In this document: positions 22,001-30,405 of the stretch, piece after piece
Position numbering within the stretch: position 1 is the stretch's first letter
How the letters are laid out: the number at the start of each line of letters is the position of its first letter
Assembly (NCBI GenBank): GCA_965215015.1
Contig: OZ244042.1
Coordinates: 256,001-320,000 of the forward strand
Source of the DNA: Candidatus Poribacteria bacterium
GTDB lineage: Bacteria; Poribacteria; WGA-4E; PCPOR2b
DNA length: 64,000 nt
Direction of reading: 5' to 3'
The notes under the pieces: model-generated
Seen by the model: the letters and a program-made list of their open reading frames with translations, nothing else
Database searches by the model: none
Told to the model about the DNA's origin: nothing
Program-made: the position numbers and the translations under genes

Positions 22001-22447
22001 GACCTCTATCCACCTGACAGCAAAACGTATGTTTACATCATCAGGATTAGAAAGTGTGTCTCTATCATCAATACGCAGTGCCGCCAAAATTGAGGCGATA
22101 TGTCCTTTGTCTTTTTTTAGGGTGTTATAGTCTCCTATCTTAGCCAAAACCTCTTTTGTGAGTTGCCTCTGTATCCTTGCTTTGTCTTCGTCGCTAGATA
22201 GGATAGCTCGCAAACCTCCATCAATTTCCCGGGCAATATGTGCTAACAGATAGGGCGCAGTTTCTAAATTGTCAGCGTGTAGTATCTTTACCCCGTCTAA
22301 ATAAAAAGCAGCGATTTCGTGTCCTATCTCTTTCAGGTTCCGGTAAATTTTAGCCTGACGAGGGGTCAACTCAGGTTCAGAGACTCGGGGACTCACCTGT
22401 GATAAGTCCTGTTCCGCGGTAAATCCGTTATTCATAATCCACCTCAT
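19019..22447 (-). CDS. Large alpha-helical hypothetical protein, possible defence sensor/effector
   Basis: 1142-aa ORF, helical-repeat composition; no Walker A seen; located within the R-M island. Confidence 0.7.
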   Translation of the reverse strand: MRWIMNNGFTAEQDLSQVSPRVSEPELTPRQAKIYRNLKEIGHEIAAFYLDGVKILHADNLETAPYLLAHIAREIDGGLRAILSSDEDKARIQRQLTKEVLAKIGDYNTLKKDKGHIASILAALRIDDRDTLSNPDDVNIRFAVRWIEVAPKFVGFVHRRGPWKSPRSRKEFEHLWYDFEEVLAELVGSYLNLLNRLDRILAYKAPTKNIIETLSNLLQSDARRAYFFRQLKYPTWLEPLKRAGWFNPEQNPLPDESPDVPGSYRVPVWHALEYVEKIAHHPECPVDLLVNIVDDIVDYTNDTEKSIENDSTNRRLIEIIGTLPIDRIEHKHITFMGTALKLRYGGVSSEIGETILPKFLSERDRDLSLALLKVMFDAKVINRRIRPAMEEYWLKEAIKQQVQAISELCGVEPAQIALTQIRTLIDAGTYSFDFIERIETEPSYGPEQSYAELLVSFTCRLFHLASPDGIADTVTFLLKQGVLQRATVSPSQVRTLKSQLKEGGAAERDYQDAKGSPAIFARIALNVITYHYDDLKNLFWEWEGNPLEEYELKPELYQLIQTHCLNFDKGEIDQILHWIESHQYYIALLTEDNEEGAKVAALYKREWLTALLDTGNKKVITAYRKYERINPVKIECPGLSSFIKIGYEEVSMMTVAELSERSNAEIAQYLNDFPEAGSWGDPAERGLREKLKEYVKTNPQQFTEALQPFRGVRNCYQHSILSGLLDAWRDKREFSWGALLEFIHQILSSEQFWTEHSEEPFNYRNWIISTTADLIIEGTKDDKRAFDAQLLPLAEKILMILVEKVEPSVFNLEDLRFGVLNSVRGGVFAAIVHYALRYARINNAEQGIRWPQAIRADFTKRLDRSVESSFEFSFTLGNYLPNLLYLDEKWVVDNIDQIFPQQDESHWETAFSGYLFSSRISDDLYSLLKERGDYQRALNTDFADQEVLGGLIKRVCTGWIEDLETFSDKTSLIYQLINSGNPKLLSEMVDFFSKQRYNTPDTVKSKVRPAWCALIEILSPKSAESQYQEILGSLSGWLELIDKIDVEALEWLKLSAKYVGRRFHSAFFVEALRGHVPQTPKEVGILYLEMLNHGVYPDYPPTDIQETIRILYNQGYKEEADKICDLYAAAGFDFLRSLYEEY

Positions 22448-22537
22448 ATCAACAAATGCGTGTCATGGAACTCCATTCGGGAAAAATCAGATAATATTCT
22501 CATAAATCCATACTTCATTGGGCTTACGCAGTTCAGT

Positions 22538-22666
22538 CTGTAGTAGCGCAATTCAACCCCGATCTGGATCGGGGCGATAAACCGCCCGACTACGAACCTA
22601 CAAATTAACTGTAGTTGCCCGATTTATCGGGCGTTGGGAGCGGTGGGCTACGGCGATGAATCGCCG
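22538..22666. repeat. Cluster of GTAG-headed REP-like palindromes
   Basis: gtagtagcgcaattc (22540), gggcgataaaccgcccgactac (22572-22593), gtagttgcccgatttatcgggc (22611-22632), cggcgatgaatcgccg (22651-22666). Confidence 0.7.
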
Positions 22667-22706
22667 AACGATAAAGCTTTGAGCATTCAACTGCGTCCGC
22701 CCTAAC

Positions 22707-25352
22707 CTAGTTGTTGAGTCGGGAGCCCTCTGCTATTGCTTCGTTGAGTTCGGTCTGCCACGAGTTCTCAAACAGCATCTTAAAAGACATCGTTTTGTTC
22801 GTGGCGTAGACAACATCCATTTTTCCATGCACGGTGGCATTCCGATAAGCTGTTTCCAAAGTTTTGAGCAGTTTTTGCTTATACTCCGTATCGGGGTTGC
22901 CTTTGAATTGTAGTCCCTTAGTTTCTAAGATGAGAATCCGTTGGGGGCCATTTTTATCCTGTTGAACACACGCTACAACGTCCGGATAAACGCGTTCCCG
23001 CCGCCACCCTTGCAAAGAATATCCCTGCTTTGCCGCGACACGGTGCCACCACCGGATTGCCTTATTCTCATCCAAATAGATAACGAAGTCCTTTTCTAAA
23101 TTATTGAATTCTCCCTCAAACACAGGTTCAAATAGGTTCAGTTGCAATGCGTCGCCATGCGAGCGAGTCAACGGTTTGTCCTCTTTTGAAACAATAACAT
23201 CCAGAGTGTCTTCAAGTTTGTAGTTCAACGCCACATCCGTTTCTAGGTTGAACCGAATCTGGCCCTCCCTAAGTTTCGTTCGGAACACAGATTCGGAAAG
23301 TTCATCAATGCGCTCTCGGAGATTATTTTTCAAGACTTCGGACAGATACAACCGGTTGGCATACAAAGTGGCTTCATCATCACCTCGTTCTCGGTATCCT
23401 TGGAGGGTTGCTTTCACGATTCGGGCTGCCTGCCATGGATTGGTGATAACGTCGCCCAAACGGCGGACAAAAAAGGAGATCTCCAATTTCATGTCGGGAC
23501 CACCCTCGTCGCTCGCTTGCATCTGTTTCTCTATCACGGAATCGTCTTGTAAGTGGATAGTGGCTTGAATTTCTTGGAGGTGCTCTTGATCTCCAAGATC
23601 AACGGGTTCTACAGGACCAAGCTGAGTCCAGTCAATAGCACTGAGGATGTCGCGTTCATAGTCAAGAGGTTGCCAACTCCGTCCCTGCTTATGTAAGACT
23701 TGAGGCAGAAAGATATCCACAGAGCGGTATTGCTGCCGACGGTGGATAATTTTTTTTGCCTGTTCCTGCTCCGGGCTCTTAACAAATTTGGCAAGTCCTG
23801 TCAACCCTTCTGCCTCTAATCCTTTCTTGACGTTTTTAACTGTCTCGCCAGTTTTCTGATTGAAGCAATGGACGTAACAACTATCCAGTTTCGGGTGGTT
23901 TGTGGCGCGTGCATACGGTTGGCGCATCACCCGGCCGATGAGTTGCGTCATCGCGGTCGCCGCGGTCGTATTATCAAGGAGTGTCAATAGATAGGCAAAC
24001 GAGCAGTCCCACCCTTCCTTTAGTGCATCTTTCGTGATGATGTAACGGACTGGACAAAATGGACTCAGCAAATCAAGACCCGCGAGCTCATCCTGCTCCG
24101 ATGATTTCACCTTGATTTGTGTTGGGCTCACACCCAAGCCCTGAATCAGTTCTTCACGGACATCCTCTGCATGGACTTTTATACCATCCCGTTGTTTTTT
24201 GCCGGTTCTATCAACCCGAATCACGGCAATAGGACGGATGTAACAATTATCGGTGTTTTCAAAATGCTTTGCAGCCTCTTCAAGTTGATCGCGCTCTACT
24301 TTTGTCTTTGCCAACGTATGTTTCCAATCCGGATTGTTGAAATTCCGGAGTTGAATCGGAAGTTTAATCATCTCTTCATCCTTCAGGGCAACACCGGAGA
24401 TGTTGACGAGGATGTTGCTGATCCCAAGTTTCGGAGTGGCAGAGAGTTCCAATACAAAGCGTGGATTGAGACGATTCACCGCTTCGACAAATTGCCGGTT
24501 GTTCTCCCCTTTCTTGCTGCCGTACGCTTTGTGAGCCTCATCTAAAATCACTATCGGCTTCAACAGTTTCAACACATTAAAGAGACTCTGTTTTATTAAC
24601 TTGTCCGTAGGTTTACGAACAACCGTTCCCCCTGCAAGAGAATCTTCGGTGTCGAGGTCTGGATGTTTTGCCAATAATGTCTGATGCCCCCGAATATCGT
24701 CTTCCGGTGGAAAAAAGGACGCATAGCCACCACTGTCGCGAAATATTTTGAGAAATTCTTTATTTTTTTTTCGGTTCGCAGCTGGAAGCATCAAGAGCAT
24801 CACACAGAGGTAGGCTTCAACGTCATGCTGCGTGAACCTATCATCCTTTTGAAAAAGTTTGACCCTTCCCCCTGACGCGCGCTCCAGAATTTGGCGATAC
24901 GGATGTTCTCGGTTCCGAAAAGCGTCCCACGTTTGTGTGTAGATTGCTTTTGTGGGCACAAGCCACAGCAAAAAACCTGTACCGATTTTGAGACGACGCA
25001 CTGCCTCTACACCTAACAAGGTCTTCCCTCCGCCGGTAGGCACTTTTAGGCAGACATGTGGAATAGGTTCACCAGAAGCGGCTTGACGCGGAATGTATTC
25101 TGGAACCGGCTCCTGCCCATTGTCCTCTGAAACGCCCGGCAACACCGCTACTTCTCGTAGGCTGTCCCATGCAGCGCGGGGATAATCCTTCGCTGCACGT
25201 GCTAAGGCGACGGATTGCTCTCTCAAAACCGCAGGAAGCTCATCGATGTTAAGCGCAGAGAGCTCGTCCGCTTTCTGGCGCGCATCTTTCAGAGCCTCTA
25301 AATAGCGTTCTAACGTTTCCAATGCCTGCTGTTGATAAGCTTTGAGATCCAA
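22707..25352 (-). CDS. res: Type III restriction enzyme Res subunit (SF2 helicase + PD-(D/E)XK nuclease)
   Basis: VPTGGGKT, LDEAH, LKEGWD, QLIGRVMR, YPD...ILETKG; directly downstream of mod. Confidence 0.9.
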   Translation of the reverse strand: MDLKAYQQQALETLERYLEALKDARQKADELSALNIDELPAVLREQSVALARAAKDYPRAAWDSLREVAVLPGVSEDNGQEPVPEYIPRQAASGEPIPHVCLKVPTGGGKTLLGVEAVRRLKIGTGFLLWLVPTKAIYTQTWDAFRNREHPYRQILERASGGRVKLFQKDDRFTQHDVEAYLCVMLLMLPAANRKKNKEFLKIFRDSGGYASFFPPEDDIRGHQTLLAKHPDLDTEDSLAGGTVVRKPTDKLIKQSLFNVLKLLKPIVILDEAHKAYGSKKGENNRQFVEAVNRLNPRFVLELSATPKLGISNILVNISGVALKDEEMIKLPIQLRNFNNPDWKHTLAKTKVERDQLEEAAKHFENTDNCYIRPIAVIRVDRTGKKQRDGIKVHAEDVREELIQGLGVSPTQIKVKSSEQDELAGLDLLSPFCPVRYIITKDALKEGWDCSFAYLLTLLDNTTAATAMTQLIGRVMRQPYARATNHPKLDSCYVHCFNQKTGETVKNVKKGLEAEGLTGLAKFVKSPEQEQAKKIIHRRQQYRSVDIFLPQVLHKQGRSWQPLDYERDILSAIDWTQLGPVEPVDLGDQEHLQEIQATIHLQDDSVIEKQMQASDEGGPDMKLEISFFVRRLGDVITNPWQAARIVKATLQGYRERGDDEATLYANRLYLSEVLKNNLRERIDELSESVFRTKLREGQIRFNLETDVALNYKLEDTLDVIVSKEDKPLTRSHGDALQLNLFEPVFEGEFNNLEKDFVIYLDENKAIRWWHRVAAKQGYSLQGWRRERVYPDVVACVQQDKNGPQRILILETKGLQFKGNPDTEYKQKLLKTLETAYRNATVHGKMDVVYATNKTMSFKMLFENSWQTELNEAIAEGSRLNN

Positions 25353-25355
25353 TTT

Positions 25356-26999
25356 TTATGCACCCGTGATTCGATGGAGGTGATAGGGAAGTTGGCAAAA
25401 GGTGATACCCAGGGCTGAGAGCTCTTTTTGACTCATAAACTTCTGCGTCGCATAGACATACGCCTTTTTCCCTGTTGATTGGCAGCGTTTGCCTATTTGC
25501 GTTGCACGTTTCCCATCTAGTGCAGACTGATTGCTCTCTAAAAATTCAAGACTTGGCTCATAAATCAGATAAAAGAGGTGTGTATCTGTCTCGCCGAAAA
25601 AGCAATCTGCCCGACATACGATATTCCCAAGCGAGATGCCAGTTGCAACATAAGCGATGTAACCCGCCAAGGTTTCATAAGCCGGTAGAGTATCTCCCGT
25701 AAGCAGTCCCTCAGTATCAATCGGTTCACCGAGTGTGTAGTAAGTGAAGCTACCACCGAGGCCTTGTTGGAGCACTTCATCTTTAGCCGTATCAACACCG
25801 TTGATGACACGGCGGACACGCTCGGCGGTGATGGTGTCGGCGTAATCTTCGCATTCAATCAGGATGAACTTCCGATTGCCCCCATCTTCCTTATTCAGTG
25901 TGAGGACAGCGTGGGCCGTGGTGCCACTGCCGGCAAAAGAGTCAAGGATGATGGCATCCTTATCAGATAAACGCAATATCTGCATTAGTAGGCGATTGGG
26001 TTTCGGAGTAGTAAATTGTTCTTCTCTATTAGCAAGAATAGCTTTAACTTCCCTGACCGCCTCCTGATTATGTCCAACGTCCTGATGTTGCCATATGGTA
26101 TTCGCTTTTCTACCCTGTTGAACTTCTGAAAGAAATCGTTTAAGCCTCGGAAAGGAGTCCCCTTTTGCTCCGAACCAAATCCGATTATCAGCTATTAGTT
26201 GTTTCAAGTTTGATTCTGAAAAGGCCCAATGCTTACCAGCCTGAACATTGAAAGATTTTCCAGTTGGGCCTGTTACTTCGTAATACCCACCTGTCCGTTC
26301 TTGATTTGCGACTAAATCACCCGATATCCAATCTCCACGTGGATCGTTATCAGGATTTTTGTAAGCACGGTCCATCTTCTCTGTTCTCGGTAACAATGCG
26401 ATATTGGCCGACAACTTATGCTTTGCATAGACCTGAATAAAATCATGGTTATCAGAGAAGTATTTAGCATCATTTTTGAGGCTGTGGATCTTCTCCCAAA
26501 TTATATTTGCCAGAAAATTCTCCGCCCCGAAAATCTCGTCCATCAGCATCCGCAGGTGGTGTTGTTCATTATCATCAATGGAGATAAAGATGACGCCATC
26601 ATCAGCAAGCAATTCTTTGAGTAGGTGCAACCGCGGCCACATCATGCAGAGCCATTTGTCATGCCGCTCAAGGTCTTCATTATCAACAGGACTGTTCTTT
26701 GTGAACCATTGCTGCATAAGTGGGCCGTTTACGTTGTCGTTATAACACCATCCCTCGTTGCCGGTGTTGTACGGCGGATCAATGTAGATGCACTTGATAC
26801 GGTTCGCGTAGCGGGGCAGCAGTGCTTTGAGAGCGTGTAGGTTGTCGCCGTGGATGATAAGGTTGTTGTCGGCACCCCCTCTTTCCCCCACAGGCGGGGG
26901 ATTGCAGGAGCGGCGTTCGTCCAGTTTGAGTGGACGGTAAGGAACGGTGAGATGGTGGGAGTAGATATGTTGTTTCCCTTTGAAATCGAGTGTGGGCAT
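25356..26999 (-). CDS. mod: Type III R-M adenine methyltransferase Mod, copy 1
   Basis: IYIDPPYNTG, TPKP, LDSFAGSGTT. Confidence 0.93.
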   Translation of the reverse strand: MPTLDFKGKQHIYSHHLTVPYRPLKLDERRSCNPPPVGERGGADNNLIIHGDNLHALKALLPRYANRIKCIYIDPPYNTGNEGWCYNDNVNGPLMQQWFTKNSPVDNEDLERHDKWLCMMWPRLHLLKELLADDGVIFISIDDNEQHHLRMLMDEIFGAENFLANIIWEKIHSLKNDAKYFSDNHDFIQVYAKHKLSANIALLPRTEKMDRAYKNPDNDPRGDWISGDLVANQERTGGYYEVTGPTGKSFNVQAGKHWAFSESNLKQLIADNRIWFGAKGDSFPRLKRFLSEVQQGRKANTIWQHQDVGHNQEAVREVKAILANREEQFTTPKPNRLLMQILRLSDKDAIILDSFAGSGTTAHAVLTLNKEDGGNRKFILIECEDYADTITAERVRRVINGVDTAKDEVLQQGLGGSFTYYTLGEPIDTEGLLTGDTLPAYETLAGYIAYVATGISLGNIVCRADCFFGETDTHLFYLIYEPSLEFLESNQSALDGKRATQIGKRCQSTGKKAYVYATQKFMSQKELSALGITFCQLPYHLHRITGA

Positions 27000-27056
27000 G
27001 GTGAGATTCCTTTGGGGGGGCCTTGTTTATCTGTCTTACACAAATCCTATGGTAAA

Positions 27057-27085
27057 ATTATAGCATTCCTTTGGGAGCGTGTCAA
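27057..27085 (-). promoter_or_regulatory. Sigma70 promoter of mod copy 1
   Basis: TTGACA-N17-TATAAT with extended TG on the minus strand. Confidence 0.75.
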
Positions 27086-27117
27086 AAAATTACACTACAG
27101 ATCGAATGCCTAAATTC

Positions 27118-27330
27118 CTATATCTGCTCACCGATTAAAAGCCCCAAATGTTGAGACGACGCACTGCCTCTACACCTAACAATGTTTTCCCTCCGCCGGT
27201 AGGCACTTTTAGGAAGCTCATCGATGTTAAGCGCAGAGAGCTCGTCCGCTTTCTTGCGCGCATCTTTCAGAGCCTCTAAATAGCGTTCTAACGTTTCCAA
27301 TGCCTGCTGTTGGTAAGCTTTGAGATCCAA
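27118..27330 (-). pseudogene. Truncated, internally deleted res 5' fragment
   Basis: Near-identical to res 25233-25352 joined to res 24988-25053 via AGG microhomology, then out of frame. Confidence 0.88.
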
Positions 27331-27333
27331 TTT

Positions 27334-29004
27334 TTATGCGCCTGTGATTCGGTGGAGGTTATAGGGAAGTTGGCAAAAGGTGATACCTAGGGCTGAAAGC
27401 TCTTTTTGACTCATAAACTTCTGCGCCGCATAGACATACGCCTTTTTCCCTGTTGATTGGCAGCGTTTGCCTATTTGCGTTGCACGTTTCCCATCTAGTG
27501 CAGACTGATTGCTCTCTAAAAATTCAAGACTTGGCTCATAAATCAGATAAAAGAGGTGTGTATCTGTTTCGCCGAAAAAGCAATCTGCCCGACATACGAT
27601 GTTCCCAAGCGAGATGCCAGTTGCAACATAAGCGATGTAACCCGCCAAAGTTTCATAAGCCGGTAGAGTATCTCCCGTAAGCAATCCCTCAGTATCAATC
27701 GGTTCACCGAGCGTGTAGTAAGTGAAGCCACCACCGAGCCCTTCTTGGAGCACTTCATCTTTAGCCGTATCAACACCGTTGATAACACGGCGGACACGCT
27801 CGGCGGTGATGGTGTCGGCGTAATCTTCACACTCAATCAGGATGAACTTCCGATGACCGTTGTCTTTCTTGTTCATAGCTAATACGGCATGGGCTGTAGT
27901 ACCACTCCCGGCGAATGAATCAAGAACAATTGTGTTAGCTTTACTTGATGTACCTTCGGCAATTTCTATCAAATTCTCAATCAATCTGGTTGGTTTCGGA
28001 TTGTTGAATTCGAGAGCCGCGCTTTGCATAACTTCTTGTAGTTGTTTTGTGCCTTCGTCTGTGGTCCCAGCAGTATCCGCCAGCATTAGATCGATTGGGA
28101 CAATCCCCTTCTCCTCAGATTCAATAAGAAAATTTTTAAGGCGAGGATAGCGTAAGCTTCCTTTCACGCCCCACCAAAGTCTGTCTTCCCTAACATGCTC
28201 CTTATAGGTACTCTGGCTATACTTCCAAGCATGTGTAGGATGATTTACGAGTGCCCCTGTATGTGGATTTACTACTGAGTAAGCTAGATTGGGACGCTGT
28301 TCTTTCGTCGCCGGATTGACATACGAACTGGATACCCAGGCACCACGCGGGTCCTCATCAGGGTTAGAATATGTTTCATTCAGTTTTTCATCCCGCTTGA
28401 CTCGTATATGAAAAATAGCATCGGATTTTCTATATGCAATAACATGTTCACGTTGATTTGAAAATAATTTGGCGTTGTTGCTTCTACCATATCGATGTTG
28501 CCAAATAATATCTGCAAGAAAATTCTCCACCCCGAAAATCTCGTCCATTAGCATCCGCAGGTGGTGTTGTTCATTATCATCAATGGAGATAAAGATGACG
28601 CCATCATCAGCAAGCAATTCTTTGAGTAGGTGCAACCGCGGCCACATCATGCAGAGCCACTTGTCATGCCGCTCAAGGTCTTCATTATCAACAGGACTGT
28701 TCTTTGTGAACCATTGCTGCATAAGTGGGCCGTTTACGTTGTCGTTATAGCACCATCCTTCGTTGCCGGTGTTGTACGGCGGGTCAATGTAGATGCACTT
28801 GATACGGTTCGCGTAGCGGGGCAGCAGTGCTTTGAGGGCATGTAGGTTATCGCCGTGGATGATGAGGTTGTCGTCGCCCCCCCCTCTTTCCCCCGCAGGC
28901 GGGGGATTGCAGGAGCGGCGTTCGTCCAGTTTGAGTGGACGGTAAGGAACGGTGAGATGGTGGGAGTAGATATGTTGTTTCCCTTTGAAATCGAGTGTGG
29001 GCAT
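27334..29004 (-). CDS. mod: Type III R-M adenine methyltransferase Mod, copy 2 (different TRD)
   Basis: Near-identical N- and C-terminal parts to copy 1 with a strongly divergent central region; DPPY, NPKP, FAGSGTT. Confidence 0.93.
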   Translation of the reverse strand: MPTLDFKGKQHIYSHHLTVPYRPLKLDERRSCNPPPAGERGGGDDNLIIHGDNLHALKALLPRYANRIKCIYIDPPYNTGNEGWCYNDNVNGPLMQQWFTKNSPVDNEDLERHDKWLCMMWPRLHLLKELLADDGVIFISIDDNEQHHLRMLMDEIFGVENFLADIIWQHRYGRSNNAKLFSNQREHVIAYRKSDAIFHIRVKRDEKLNETYSNPDEDPRGAWVSSSYVNPATKEQRPNLAYSVVNPHTGALVNHPTHAWKYSQSTYKEHVREDRLWWGVKGSLRYPRLKNFLIESEEKGIVPIDLMLADTAGTTDEGTKQLQEVMQSAALEFNNPKPTRLIENLIEIAEGTSSKANTIVLDSFAGSGTTAHAVLAMNKKDNGHRKFILIECEDYADTITAERVRRVINGVDTAKDEVLQEGLGGGFTYYTLGEPIDTEGLLTGDTLPAYETLAGYIAYVATGISLGNIVCRADCFFGETDTHLFYLIYEPSLEFLESNQSALDGKRATQIGKRCQSTGKKAYVYAAQKFMSQKELSALGITFCQLPYNLHRITGA

Positions 29005-29059
29005 GGTGAAATTCCTTTGGGGCCCTCGTTTATCTGTCTTACACAAACCCTATGGTAAA

Positions 29060-29088
29060 ATTATAGCATTCCTTGGGGAGCGTGTCAA
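29060..29088 (-). promoter_or_regulatory. Sigma70 promoter of mod copy 2
   Basis: TTGACA-N17-TATAAT, duplicate of 27057-27085. Confidence 0.75.
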
Positions 29089-29171
29089 AAAATTACACTA
29101 CAGATCGAATGCCTAAATTCTCATATCTGCTCACCGATTAAAAGCCCCAAATGTTGGGCTAAATATTTCGC

Positions 29172-29200
29172 TTGACCTCTCGGGGCGTGTCTGATACTAT
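29172..29200 (+). promoter_or_regulatory. Putative sigma70 promoter
   Basis: TTGACC-N17-TACTAT with extended TG, 34 bp upstream of ATG 29235. Confidence 0.5.
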
Positions 29201-29234
29201 CTCATCTCAGTAATGAACTCACGAGGGAAAAGCG

Positions 29235-30107
29235 ATGGAGATTACGATTAGTCCCGAAGAACTTGCCGACGGTGAGATGTCCGAAACTCATCTCGATCAA
29301 GCTGTCTATGCAATCCGCGAGGATGGGTATGTCATCTTATCAGATATCATATCGCATGCCCATTTGGATGTGCTCCGCGAAAAGATGGATGAGGATTTAC
29401 GCACATTGATGACGGCGTCAGTCCTCCCGGTCAATTTTGTCAAGCAACACCTCCAGCAAGATCCACCGCCCTTTGCACCTTATGTTTTTCGTGATATTGT
29501 CGCCAATCCATGGGTGATACAGGTAAACCGAAAAGTTCTCGGTGAAGGTTTATTTAACAGCTGCTACACCGGCAACACAAACTGTCCCGGCAGTGGCACA
29601 CAACCTGTTCATGTAGATAACGGACAATTATGGCGAGGATTAGAGAATGCCCATCCAGCGGTATCGTTGGTGGTCAACATCGCGCCGATGGATGTCACCG
29701 AACATAATGGTAGCATCGAGCTTTGGCCCGGATCGCACCTGGACACGAATGTTGCTCTAGATGATGCAACAATTAAGGTTGAGGAGCGGCTAGTGGAAGC
29801 CCGTCGAGATGTCGCGCCGCCGGTGCGTGGCAATACAAAAAAGGGAAGTGTCCTCATCAGGGATATGCGCCTTTGGCATCGGGGGATGCCAAACTATTCA
29901 GATTGGCCGCGGCAGATGATTGCGATGGTTCACAATATCCACTGGTTCCGACGCAAGAGACGAGTGCAGTTCAACAAGGGTTGTGAAGCAGCTTTTGAAA
30001 ACAGCCAAATGGACCCAAACGTTGAATTTACCGAGGAACCGATTGACTATATTTTTCGGAATCATCCCTACGATTATCATGAGGCTAAAAATGGAAGCTC
30101 ATGTTAA
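29235..30107 (+). CDS. PhyH-family dioxygenase
   Basis: QPVHVD, GSIELWPGSH, RLWHRG. Confidence 0.9.
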   Translation: MEITISPEELADGEMSETHLDQAVYAIREDGYVILSDIISHAHLDVLREKMDEDLRTLMTASVLPVNFVKQHLQQDPPPFAPYVFRDIVANPWVIQVNRKVLGEGLFNSCYTGNTNCPGSGTQPVHVDNGQLWRGLENAHPAVSLVVNIAPMDVTEHNGSIELWPGSHLDTNVALDDATIKVEERLVEARRDVAPPVRGNTKKGSVLIRDMRLWHRGMPNYSDWPRQMIAMVHNIHWFRRKRRVQFNKGCEAAFENSQMDPNVEFTEEPIDYIFRNHPYDYHEAKNGSSC

Positions 30108-30292
30108 AAGAAAGTGCAAAGCACCAAAAGTGTAAGCGATGTCAAGACCTAAAGTAGGTTTAGATAAACTCCCCAGATTCGGGTTGATTTATAACAAATT
30201 GCTGCCGACTTTTCTGATAAACGGCTTCAGGGGTTTGATACCCCAAACTCAGACGTATCGGAGGCTAACAGGTTTTATTGCCATTTTGCACG
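30096..30292. mobile_element. Partial MITE-like element, family A; supplies the stop codon of the upstream gene
   Basis: AGCTCATGTTAAAAGAAAGTGCAAA left end; only TTGCACG of the right end is seen. Confidence 0.5.
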
Positions 30293-30405
30293 CGCTGAGC
30301 CCCCCCTTGACAGACAGGGAACCGAGACATCAACCCCAAGGATTCACTTTTTACTCGCTCACCCAACCCATTTCTGCCCTCCTAGCACAATGCCTTTGAT
30401 CGACT

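Noticed and set aside
27014-27020. Poly-G tract as a phase-variation switch for mod
   Set aside because: Only 7 G, in the 5' UTR, outside both the promoter spacer and the coding sequence.
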